From Chiloscyllium plagiosum (Eukaryota): a DNA stretch of 20,000 nt. The notes under the pieces are model-generated. The model saw only the letters and a program-made list of their open reading frames with translations. It was not told the origin of the DNA and did not search any database. The position numbers were made by a program, and so were the translations under genes. The stretch lies in assembly GCF_004010195.1 (NCBI RefSeq), contig NC_057718.1, positions 70,011,965-70,031,964 on the forward strand, given 5' to 3'. This document shows positions 1-9,650 of the stretch, in pieces; positions within the stretch are counted from its first letter, which is position 1, and the number at the start of each line of letters is the position of its first letter.

Positions 1-394
1 CTACCCCTCTGGTAACGTCAGTGTGTAAGTCAACATAAGTTCCTTCAGATACCCACTTCCCCAATTGTCCCTGCTGCAATTCCCTTCAACATACCTCATG
101 TGTCCCTCTCTTCTCACTCACAGGCACAAGCTCCAACAGTTTCACCCAGCAGCAAACAAGGAAACATTTATTAAAAGATACTAAAGAATGCACTAGCAAC
201 TAGCATTGAAAGGCTGCAGCAGGAACACTTATACACACAGGCAGGAACCCAGCTCACAGTTTGGACAAAGCTGCATTTCAAGGCTGATTGATTGCTTGAT
301 TGATTGCTCTCTTAGTGCTTGTTCAATGAATAAATGCCTCCACAACCAGGGCATCTTGAATAATTAACTTATAAGTTAAAACAAGTGTGATATA

Positions 395-1302
395 TATATA
401 TATTTTAAAATCTTTATTTTCCTTTTTTTTCTTTTAAAGCTCTGTTTATTTATTTATTTATTTTTCTTTTCTTTATTATTTTCCCCCCACACTACCACCT
501 AAGTGCGGTAGTGCTTATTTTTTTCCCCGCACCCATGGTGTGTGTGTGCAGGTGTGAGATACAGTGAGAGACATAAGGTGTATGAATCTTTATTCAATTT
601 CCACCACCAGGAAAATAGGAAAACACCCGAGTGGTGAACAACTCCAGGGTGTTGGTGGACACCGCGTGCTCCTTCTCCAAGGACACCCGGGCTCTAGCGT
701 AACCGCGGAAGAGGGGCAGGCATTCGGCCCTAACGACCCCCTCCACGGCCCGCTGCCTGGGCCTGTTGATGGCCAGCTTGGCCAGGCCCAGGAGCAGACC
801 CACGAGGAGGTCTTCAGACCTGCCCTCCCTCCTCCGTACCGGGTGCCCGAAGATCAGAAGCGTGGGACTGAAGTGCAACCAAAAGCAGAGGAGGAGGTTT
901 TTCAGAAAATCCAAAAAGGGAGTGCAAACGCCCACACCCAATATACACGTGGTCCACGGACTCCACAGCGCCACAGCGCCACAGTTGGGCTGGGAGTCCA
1001 TGAACCACCGCAACCTGCGGTTGCAGGGGACTGCTGCGTGCAGCACCCTCCACCCCAGATCCCCGAGAGAAAGGGGGAGGACTCCCGTGTAGAGAGCCCT
1101 CCACTGGGGATCCCCACCGCCCGGTGGCAAATGGGCACGCCAAGGCATGTCCAGACGGTGGATGAGGGAGAAGAGGTGGACGGTGTGCAGCAGCAGTCTA
1201 TACAGGGCCCTTCTTTTCACATCCCTAAATGAGACAAAATTAAAATTTTGGAGGCGGCTCAGGTTGTGGGGCACAGGCTCCTGCGGGAAGTACGGGACCT
1301 TG
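395..1302 (-). mobile_element. 5'-truncated Tx1/L1-clade non-LTR retrotransposon (ORF2 C-terminus with zf-RVT-like region, 3'UTR, AT-rich tail)
   Basis: Minus-strand translation DLGWRVLHAAVPCNRRL..C..CGAVESVDHVYIGC..LLLGLAKLAI resembles the Tx1 ORF2 C-terminus. Exact 15-bp direct repeat AACAAGTGTGATATA at 380-394 and 1303-1317 (TSD). A-rich/(TA)n tail at about 395-480 on the minus strand. GC/CpG-rich relative to flanks. Confidence 0.85.
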
Positions 1303-1317
1303 AACAAGTGTGATATA

Positions 1318-2170
1318 AATTGCAGGACAGGTGATACATTGCTGCTGCAACATGTGGAAAACATCAATATGATCCAGAGCAAACACACCTGTAGTAAATA
1401 TTTGCAGCTGAAGGAACTTCAAATCTGAGTTGAGGAGCTGGAGTCTGAGCTGTAGATATTGTGACATATCAAGGAAGGGAAAAGTTACCTGGACATTTTG
1501 TTCCAAAGGGTGGTCACATCACTAGGTAATTAAAATTCTATGTGTGATCAAGGACAGGAGGACATAACTGCAGATAAGGCAAGTGTGAGGACCCAGGTGG
1601 GGTTAAAATTGAGACATCTGGAGGTTCTTGCAAGCTGCAGGGGCCAGAGGACTGCAAGGAGAACAAGTGAACTGACCGCAGCCTTGGTACAATGAGCCAT
1701 TCAAGTGAGGAGAGGAAATAAGAATGTAATTATAGTAAGTGACAATACAATTAGAGGGATAGATACTCTTCTCTGCAGCTGTGAGTGGGGGTCCTGAAGA
1801 CTGTTGTCTGCCTGGTGTCAAGGTTAAGGACATCTTTTCAGGGCAAGGGAAGATCTTGCAGACAAAGAAGAGGAACACAGTAGTTGTGACATTGGTAAGA
1901 CTTGAAAGGAGGTTTTGCTGAAAGACCTTGAATACCTAGGAGCTACATTAAAAAGAATAGCCTCCAAAGCACTAATTTCCGAATTACGACATGAGGTACT
2001 GTCAAACTGGCATAGGGTAAATAAACTCAAGGAGTTAAATGCAAAGTTCAGAGATTGATGTGGGTGGAATGGATTTCAATTTGTAGAGTATTGGGATATA
2101 AGCAAGCTGTTCTGGTAGGATGGGCTTCACTTAAACCGATGCTGGGCCCAGTATCCAGGTAAAGTGAATT
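1318..2170 (+). mobile_element. Decayed CR1 LINE ORF1 (zinc-finger/leucine-zipper N-terminus plus SGNH esterase domain); C-terminal codons displaced to 4143-4169
   Basis: Broken frames read IAGQVIHCCCNMW, HTCSKYLQLKELQI*VEELESEL..HIKEGKSYLD, CLPGVKVKDI (1805-1834) and DGLHLN (2119-2136). The typical ORF1 end TAVEMALN* lies at 4143-4169. Many stops and frameshifts. Confidence 0.75.
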
Positions 2171-2368
2171 TCAAGATGGCAGTGGAGTAACAAGGCAACG
2201 TTTGGGCTCCTATTTGGAGCTCAGCTACTCCATCCTCTTTTACTTTTTCTTCTTCCACTGCTTTTTATCTTGGTTTAACATAGTTACCTATCTGAGGTGT
2301 GAGTTTGTGCAGCACAGCAGAGATTGTCATTGAGGAGATCGAGCTAGCACAGAGAGGGCGAGCCCAAT

Positions 2369-3339
2369 ATAGAGTCATAGAGATGTACAGCACGGGAACA
2401 GACCCTTTGGTTCAACTTGTCCATGCCAACCAGATATCCCAACCCAATCTAGTCCCACCTGCCAGCACCCGGCCCATATCCCTCCAAACCCTTCCTATTC
2501 ATATATCCATCCAGATGTCTTTTAAATGTTGCTCGCCTCCACCACTTCCTCTGGCAGCTCATTCCATACACTGTGTGAAAACATTGTCCCCTTAGGTATC
2601 TTTTATATTTTTCCCCTCTCACCCTAAACCTATGCCCTCTAGTTCTGGACTCCCTGACCCCAGGGAAAAGACTTTGTCTACTTTCCTATCCATACCCCTC
2701 ATGATTTTGTAAACCTCTAGAAAGTCACCCCTCAACCTCTAACACTCAAGGGAAAACAGCCCCAGCCTATTCAACATCTCCCTCTAGCTCAAAACCTCCA
2801 TACCTGGCAACATCCTTGTAATTCTTTTCTGAACCCTTTCAAGTTTCACAACATCTTTCCGATAGGAAGGAGACCAGTACTGCATGCAATATTCCAACAG
2901 TGGCCTAACCTATGTCCTGTACAGCCGCAACATGACCTCCCAACTCTTGTACTCCATACTCTGACCAATAAAGGAAAGCATACCAAACACCTTCTTCACT
3001 ATCCTAATTACTTGCGACTCCACTTTCAAGAAGCTATGAATCTGCACTCCAAGCAGGTTCAGCAACACTTCAGCAACACTCCGAGGACCTTACCATTAAG
3101 TGTATAAGTCCTGCTAAAATTTGCTTTCCCAAAATGTTGCACCTCACATTTATCTAAATTAAACTCTATCTGCCACTTCTCAGCCCATTGGCCCATCTGG
3201 TCAAGATCCCATTGTAATCTGAGATAACATTCTTCGCTGTCCACTATACCACCAATTTTGGAGTCATCTGTAAATGTACTAACTATACCTCTTATGCTCA
3301 CATCCAAATCATTTATATAAATGATGAAAAGTAGTGGAC
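2369..3339 (-). mobile_element. 5'-truncated CR1 LINE 3' fragment (RT C-terminal part and 3'UTR)
   Basis: ORF 3059-3349 PLLFIIYINDLD..STFTDDSKIGG..QWAEKWQIEFNLDKCEVQHFG is CR1 RT. Tail (ATAGAGTC)n at 2369-2382. Closely similar to 17123-18060. Confidence 0.92.
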
Positions 3340-3677
3340 ATGGCAGCAACAGAGGTGCCCAACATCAATTGCAATCATTCCAAGCGGCAGTGAGAGCAGG
3401 GATGTACAACCCAAAGTGGACAACAGTGAGAGCAGGAACAGGCACTGAGGCAGTGGCAGGAGCATGAACAGGCAGCTTGAAGCAGCAGTGCTAGCAGGAA
3501 TACGTTGTAAAGTAGAGAGAGAGCAGCCAGCCCAGGGCAGTGGCAGGGTTGAAGTCAAGACCAGAGTGATGCACGTGAGGAGTGCAACCCCACATGGCTA
3601 GGCACTTATGGACTGTGATGTTGAACTTTTAACTGTGTTTCTTTGTGTTTATGCTTTTTAATGAGAATGACTGTAAT

Positions 3678-3992
3678 GATTAGATTAGATTCCCTACAGT
3701 GTGGAAACAGGCCCTTCAGCCCAACAAGTCCACACCGACCCTCCGATGAGCAACCTACCGCCCTACTTTTACCGCTGACTAACCCATCTAACACTATGGG
3801 TAATTTAGCATGGCCAATTCACTTGACCTGCACATTTTTGGACTGTGGGAGGAAACCGGAGCACCTGGAGGAAACCCACGCGGACACAGGGAGAATGTGC
3901 AAACTCCACACTGATGGTTGCCCGAAGTGGGAATTGAACCCGGTTCTCTGGCGATGTGAAGCAGCACTGCTAACCACTGAGCCACCATGCCG
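3678..3992 (-). mobile_element. HE1-type tRNA-derived V-SINE
   Basis: Minus strand reads GGCATGGTGGCTCAGTGGTTAGC (A box) and GGTTCAATTCC (B box), then the V-domain GTGTGGAGTTTGCAC..GGGTTTCCTCC and an (AATCT)n tail. Homologous to 9118-9430. Confidence 0.92.
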
Positions 3993-4211
3993 TTTAACTT
4001 TTTAACTTTGCTTCTTTACTTTTCTGTTTTGTACCTAAGATTTTGTACCAAGGTACCTTTCTATCAAGAAGGCACTGTAAGTGGTGACTTATAAACTTTT
4101 CACTATACTCATGTGAGTACATCTGTCAACAAACCTAATTCTACTGCTGTAGAGATGGCTTTAAACTAATTGTAGAAATAGAAATATAAATTGGAAAAAG
4201 AAATAAATCTT

Positions 4212-4341
4212 TCATCAGAAAAGAGCTTATGCTCAATATATCAACTCTCCTGCTCCTCGGATGCTGCCTGACCAGCTGTGCTTTTCCATCACCACACTTT
4301 TTGACTCTAATATCCAGCATCTACAGTCCTCACTTTCTCCC
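4212..4341 (+). mobile_element. PLE pseudo-LTR-like short repeat with decayed HHR (duplicated at 4986-5115)
   Basis: GAGC-TTAT-GCTC stem (4223-4234), followed by CTCCTGCTCCTCGGATGCTGCCTGACCAGCTGTGCTTTTCC..CCAGCATCTACAGTCC. Homologous to the reverse complement of 4703-4785 and 8410-8499. HHR core bases are mutated. Confidence 0.65.
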
Positions 4342-4694
4342 AGTGACTAAGGAGTCAGTGAGGGAGCACTGTGTGGCCAGTGATCATAATATTACTAGTT
4401 TTTAAATAGTTACGGAGAAAGGTAGACCTGATCTAAAAGTTAAAATTTCTAAATTGGAGTAAGGCTAATTTTGACAGTATTAGGCAAGAACTTGCAAAGG
4501 TTGATTGAGAGAGACTATTCGCAGGTAAAGGGATGATTGGAAAGTAGTAGGCCTTCAAAAATGAGATATCAAGAGTCCAGAGACATTATGTCTCTGTTAG
4601 TGTGAAGAACAAGGCTGATATTTGCAGGGAATGCTGGATGATGAGAGAAACTGAAACTCTGGTCAAGCAAATGAAGGAGGCATATTACAGGTAT

Positions 4695-4922
4695 GAAACT
4701 TTATTGCTGGAACAGCACAGCAGGTCAGGCAGCATCCAGGGAACAGGAGATTCGACGTTTCGGGCACAGGCCCTTCTTCTGGAATGAGCAGAGAGTGTTC
4801 AGCAGAAGATAAAAGGTAGGGAGGAGGGACTTGGAGGAGGGGCGTTGGAAATGTGATAGGTGGAAAGAGGTCAAGGTGAGGGTGACAGGTCGGAGTAGGA
4901 TGGAGGCGGAGAGGTCAAGAAG
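4695..4922 (-). mobile_element. PLE fragment (pseudo-LTR with HHR motif plus adjacent purine/pyrimidine-biased region)
   Basis: Minus strand 4785-4750 reads ATTC-CAGAAGA-A-GGGC-CTGT-GCCC-GAAA-CGTC-GAAT (one core substitution, U4 to A), followed by the shared GATGCTGCCTGACCTGCTG motif. Confidence 0.75.
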
Positions 4923-5115
4923 GTAGAGATGGCTTTAAACTAATTGTAGAAATAGAAATATAAATTGGAAAAAGAAATAAATCTTTCATCAGAAAAGAGC
5001 TTATGCTCAATATGTCAACTCTCCTGCTCCTCGGATGCTGCCTGACCAGCTGTGCTTTTCCATCACCACACTTTTTGACTCTAATATCCAGCATCTACAG
5101 TCCTCACTTTCTCCC

Positions 5116-6472
5116 AGTGACTAAGGAGTCAGTGAGGGAGCACTGTGTGGCCAGTGATCATAATATTACTAGTTTTTAAATAGTTACGGAGAAAGGTAGA
5201 CCTGATCTAAAAGTTAAAATTTCTAAATTGGAGTAAGGCTAATTTTGACAGTATTAGGCAAGAATTTGCAAAGGTTGATTGAGAGAGACTATTCGCAGGT
5301 AAAGGGATGATTGGAAAGTAGTAGGCCTTCAAAAATGAGATAACAAGAGTCCAGAGACACTATGTCTCTGTTAGTGTGAAGAACAAGGCTGATATTTGCA
5401 GGGAATGCTGGATGATGAGAGAAACTGAAACTCTGGTCAAGCAAATGAAGGAAGCATATTACAGGTATAGATAGCTGGATTGAGTGAGTCCCTCAGGAGT
5501 ATTTCAGCAGTCGGATAATACTCGAGGGAAATCAGGAGAATAAAAGGATGATATGTGATAGCCAAACAGGGTTATGGAGAATCCAAAGAGATTCCACAAA
5601 TACATTAAGGGCAAAAAAAGAGTAACTGGGGAGAGGAATATCAACAAGGTTGTCTATGTGTGGAATCACAGGAGTTGGGTGAGATACAAGTATTTTCACA
5701 TTCATGTTTACTATGGAGAAGGATATGGAAACTAAAGAACTTGGAATGATAAATCGTGATGTCTCGAAAAGTCTCTATATTACAGAGGAGGACATGCTGG
5801 ACTCTTTAAACGCATAAAGGTGGAAAAATCCCCAGGTACTGATCAGGTCAACACAAAACTTTGGGAAGTTATGGAAATAATTGCTGGGCCCCTTGCTGAG
5901 ATATTTGTATCATTGATAGCCACATGTGAGGTGCTGAAAGACTGAAGGGTAGCTGATGTGGTTTAAGAAATATAGTAAGGAAAAGCCAGGGAGTTATAGA
6001 CCAGTGAGCCTGAAATCAGTGATGGAGAAGCTGTTGAAGGGGATTCTGAGGGATAGGATTTACATGCATTTGGAAAGGCAAAGATTGATTAGGCTTGTGC
6101 ATGGGAAATCGTGTCTAGCTAATTTGATTGAGTTTTTTGAAGAAGTGACAAAGAAGATTGATGAAGACAGGGTGGTGGATGCGACTATATGGGCTTCAGC
6201 AAGGCATTCAACAAAGTTCCGCATGGTAGACTGGTTAACAAGATTAGATCACGTGAAATCCAAGGAGAGCTAGCGATTTGGATATAAAATTGGTGTGAAG
6301 GTAGGAGACAGAATGTGGTGTGGAGGGTTGTTTCTCGGATTGGAGGCCTGTGTCACAAAGATTGATGCTTTTTATCATTTGTATAAATGATTTGGATGGG
6401 AATATAGGAGGAATAGTTAGTAGGTTTGCAGATAACACCAAAATTGGTGGTGTAGTGGACAGTGAAGAAGGT
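5116..6472 (+). mobile_element. Decayed CR1 ORF2 (endonuclease end, tether, RT N-terminal half); first ~350 bp also duplicated at 4342-4694
   Basis: SDHN motif (4379-4390 and its copy), KEKPGSYRPVSL, KSCLANLIEFFEEVTKKIDE, FIICINDLDGNIGGIVSRFADNTKIGG. Many stops and deletions. Confidence 0.88.
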
Positions 6473-7040
6473 ACAGAAGAGAAATCAGCAGGTTCTGCAA
6501 CAGCCTACAAAGTCCTCTCTTGCTCAGCTATCTGTAGATGCAACAAATCATGACATTGAACTGGTTAAGTCAGACCCCTTTCCTCAGTGAACCAGCAAGC
6601 AGCTGGAAGAAAGAAGGTTAGGAGAAACCTTCAGATCAGCCAGAACCAACTGAACAGATCTTGCGCACAGAGTACAGAACTATTTCCCAGCTGCCCACAT
6701 GTTTTATTTCCTTCTATGTATTTTTGCCTCTTCCGTGTGTATGTATTTGTGTGTGTGCATATATATGGAGGCATTTATAAGGGATTTTGAGTTTTAATCT
6801 GTAGAATTTACTTTATTTAGTTTAATTATTTACCTTTAGATGGAATTGAATGGTTTACAATAAATGCTGATTTCTTGTTAATTACTTAAACCTGATGTGC
6901 GCTTTTTATCAAGCTGGTTCTGAAAATCAGGTAATTTTTGTGATCTTGCATATTTATATTTAAAGCTATAAATTTGTACCAGCTACAGGAATAGTGGTAT
7001 TTGATTTCCAGTGTGTTACCCCAGGGAGTCACATTTACAA
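6473..7040 (+). mobile_element. Possible partial LTR (Gypsy-like) or other unclassified repeat
   Basis: Abrupt junction with CR1, (GT)n-like tract, AATAAA near 6859, LTR-like composition. No TSD or paired termini identified. Confidence 0.3.
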
Positions 7041-7068
7041 TGCATGTAGAATAAACCTGTTTACGCAT

Positions 7069-7739
7069 TGTTGTGGGGAAAATCACCAGTCTTGGAGTCA
7101 AAATCAGGATTCAACGACAGAGTTCATTGTACAAAGATACCGGAGCTCCGGGGAGAGACAGAGACATCTGGCAGCATGGCTGTCAGCTGTGAGCCTTCTC
7201 TCACTGTTGGAGCACATGTCATGATATTTTATAAATTTCATGGAATAATGGTCCAAATATTGACTCTTTGTGCAGCATGGCTTGTTTACAGAAAACATTA
7301 GAGTCATTATCAGTTTCAGAGGAATGTTACAGAGTCATTGTCAGTTTCAGTAGCTACACAGAAGTCCATTGCTGCAGTAATTGGTTTTGATCATTCTTCC
7401 TGAGAAGCCCATTACAGCAAATCTAAGGTATTAACACTTGTATAACTCAGTTAGTTAACATTTCCCTTGAAGGTAGTGGCTGGACTCAGACACTTCAGCT
7501 GGCAGTAGACGTTATTGATGTGTATTCTCTCCTCCACCCACCTTAAACTAATTATCTATGTTCTGTATCTATTGTGCTGGTATCTGTTGGCCTCAGGCAG
7601 TATCTGTGCATGCTTCGCTGTACTTTTCAGCTAATGGCTCAGCGGCCAACTAGTGTGCTAAGTGACCAACTTATGGCTCAGCGGCCATCTTGTGTCTGTG
7701 TGCCCTGTGTCAGCCTGCCCCTTGTCAACTCCCAATTCA
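7069..7739 (-). mobile_element. Solo LTR, 671 bp (ERV1- or Gypsy-like)
   Basis: TG..CA termini with a 4-bp TSD GCAT (7065-7068 and 7740-7743). Minus strand begins TGAATTGGG, has TATAAAA at 7233-7227 and AATGAA at 7128-7123. U3-type direct repeats at 7300-7319/7331-7350 and 7634-7648/7673-7687. Confidence 0.7.
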
Positions 7740-8084
7740 GCATCAAATGTTGTTCAAAAGCAAATTGGACTTTCAGATGGTTGCTTGGCAAACTAACATT
7801 CCCATCTCTGTGATGCAAGAGTTAGCAGCAATAACTTAAAAGCAAGTAAATGTTTGACAAAAGTGCCCCAACATTTGTTATACTTACATGGGTGCTAGAG
7901 GATGAGGGGAATTTTGCTGCATCATGGGCATTTTAAAACAATGGTCTCTAATGAATGCAATGGGAAATGGAATAGTAAGGTAGGACTGGAATGGGAAAAG
8001 GGTCAGAGTGCAGTGGATACACGTGCCTTTTGAATAATATCCCTGTTGGATGTTATGTGTTTTTCTTTTGGCGCCTCAGTAAGT

Positions 8085-8380
8085 TGATTCACATGCTGTG
8101 ACCATGGAGGGGCAGATGATAGCGAGCTGCCAGTCTGCTACTGCAACTTGGAGTAATCGTTGGGATGAGACCTCCAGTATAGTCCACACATGGTATGCTG
8201 TACCATCCATGTATACTGCGTTCAGAACAGTTGCAGCAGATAACCAGACAGTGATAGACCCTGAGGAGCTGGAGGATTGGGAGCAGTTATCTGTTGAGGA
8301 GTTCAAGGTCATTGCAAAGGAGAAAGCTGTCCTTGTGAATGAAACATTACAAGGCAGATAAGACTCTATTGACACACTGA
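8085..8380 (+). mobile_element. Probable PIF/Harbinger transposase C-terminal remnant
   Basis: Across frameshifts it reads SHAVT..QMI..G*DLQYSPHMVCCTIHVYCVQN followed by an acidic stretch (DPEELEDWEQLSVEE). This resembles the Harbinger/HARBI1-like GGALQYSP..CCxLHN plus acidic tail. Confidence 0.45.
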
Positions 8381-8409
8381 GCCAGTTGTTGCCAACAGGT
8401 ACAGAACTG

Positions 8410-8499
8410 AAAATGTGTTGCTGGAAAAGTGCAGCAGGTCAGGCAGCATCCAAGGAGCAGGAAATTCGACGTTTCGGGCATGAGCCCTTCTTCAGGAGT
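8410..8499 (-). ncRNA. PLE pseudo-LTR fragment with an intact minimal hammerhead ribozyme core (8464-8499)
   Basis: Minus strand reads ACTC-CTGAAGA-A-GGGC-TCAT-GCCC-GAAA-CGTC-GAAT: complete CUGANGA, GAAA and GUC, 4-bp stem II, ACGU palindromic helix III, stem I with one mismatch. Confidence 0.75.
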
Positions 8500-8532
8500 C
8501 CATCTTGGACATTCAAGCTTCTTATGCCAGCC

Positions 8533-8737
8533 AAAACAAAAAGAACTGCAGATGCTGGATATCAGAAACAAAACCAGAAAGTGCTGGGAAAACTCGACAG
8601 ATCTGACAGCATAATTGGAGGAAAAATAGAGTTACATTTTAGGTCCTGTTCTAAAGAAGGGTCACTGGATTTTGCTTTCTCTCCAGAGATCTCGCCAGAT
8701 CTGCTGAGTTTTCCCAGTAATTTCTGATTTTGTTTCT
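8533..8737. mobile_element. Head-to-head inverted PLE pseudo-LTR pair (hairpin, MITE-like)
   Basis: Arms of about 62 bp at 8564-8625 and 8676-8737 are imperfect reverse complements. Centre CTAAAGAAGGGTCACTGGA is a truncated HHR core. Confidence 0.7.
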
Positions 8738-9117
8738 CATTATGCCAGTATATTGTAGATGTGAATTACAGCCTGTAATCACTTCCTTTGTGCTCCCTTT
8801 TGCTGGCTGTAAATTAAAGCTCATGTGTGGACTTGTCCGAATGCCAGCTGAAATGTGTGTTGTTCCCCTACTGGACCATAACAAAATAAGGGTAACTACT
8901 GAACTCTGAGTACAGAGTCTTCAGATAGGACAACTGGTATCTAAGGACAGATAAATTTTATGGCATGCAGTTTAAACAGTGACTAAGATGAGAGCGGTGG
9001 GGGGGAGGGGGAGGTGGGGGCGGTTGGATGTGTGAAGTCTGCCATGCCAGCTATATACCGTGGGCTGCAATAGCTTTATGGATGCTGTGCTATTAGACTG
9101 GCAGCAAGACAACTTGT

Positions 9118-9430
9118 GGGCGGCACGGTGGCACAGTGGTTAGCACTGCTGCCTCACAGCGCCAGAGACCCGGGTTCAATTCCCGCCTCAGGCGACTGAC
9201 TGTGTGGAGTTTGCACGTTCTCCCCGTGTCTGCGTGGGTTTCCTCCGGGTGCTCCGGTTTCCTCCCACAGTCCAAAGATGTGCAGGTCAGGTGAATTGGC
9301 CATGCTAAATTGCCCGTAGTGTTAGGTAAGGGGTAAATGTAGGGGTATGGGTGGGTTGCGCTTCGGCAGGACGGTGTGGACTTGTTGGGCCGAAGGGCCT
9401 GTTTCCACACTGTAATGTAATCTAATCTAA
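9118..9430 (+). mobile_element. HE1-type tRNA-derived V-SINE, full length, CpG-rich (young)
   Basis: GGGCGGCACGGTGGCACAGTGGTTAGC (A box), GGGTTCAATTCCCG (B box), V-domain, CR1-derived 3' stem, (TAATC)n tail. Confidence 0.95.
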
Positions 9431-9650
9431 AAGAGTGAACTCTTTGGAATTCTGTACACCTGCGGGCAATGGAGGCCGAATAATTAATATATTCAATACT
9501 GAAGAAGACAGATTTTTGATTTACAATGAGTCAAAGTTTATGTGGAATAGACATAATATTCCATGATGGAGTTAAAGCCACAATCAGATCAGCTTTAATT
9601 TTATTCATTGTCAGCAAAACTAAATGACTAGCATTCCTGCTCAGATTTCT
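9431..9650 (+). mobile_element. Old CR1 3'-end remnant
   Basis: TGGAATTCT..ATATTCAATACTGAAGAAGACAGATTTTTGATT..CACAATCAGATCAGC..TTCCTGCTC resembles a CR1 ORF2 end and 3'UTR. Confidence 0.55.

Larger units (their letters stand above)
2171..4140 (+). mobile_element. Non-coding retroposon (possibly a Rex1/Babar- or L2-tailed non-autonomous element) interrupting CR1 ORF1; itself hosts a CR1 fragment and an HE1 SINE
   Basis: Sits between two collinear parts of CR1 ORF1. Starts AAGATGGC, has a GCAG-rich body, and ends with TTTTCACTATACTC-ATGT-GAGTAC..CAACAAACCTAATT including the hairpin TACTC/GAGTA (4106-4119). Family identity is inferred. Confidence 0.5.
4149..5468 (+). repeat. 546-bp direct duplication (4149-4694 and 4923-5468) flanking a 228-bp PLE-derived insertion
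   Basis: Read base by base, the copies are collinear at offset 774 with 5 substitutions and no indel seen. Confidence 0.95.

Noticed and set aside
564..1232. 222-aa plus-strand ORF
   Set aside because: Antisense shadow of the GC-rich Tx1 ORF2 fragment; no recognisable domain.
594..1388. 264-aa ORF as an intact gene
   Set aside because: Crosses the TSD boundary at 1303 and contains compensating frameshifts; it is a truncated retroelement piece.
4149..5468. LTR pair of a TRIM-like element
   Set aside because: The repeats consist of old CR1 and pseudo-LTR debris, lack TG..CA ends, and no PBS or PPT was seen; better explained as duplicated target DNA.
1318..6472. One full-length CR1 element spanning ORF1 and ORF2
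   Set aside because: Order and strand fit, but most of the endonuclease is missing and a pseudo-LTR sits at the junction, so common origin cannot be shown.
8996..9027. G-rich tract with G-quadruplex potential
   Set aside because: Short low-complexity tract with no supporting context.
9118..9195. tRNA gene
   Set aside because: It is the tRNA-derived SINE head followed by the V-domain and LINE-derived tail.
9093..9410. ORFs with LDCGRKPEHPEETHADTGRTCKLHT (also 3643-4005)
   Set aside because: Antisense translation of HE1 SINEs, not proteins.
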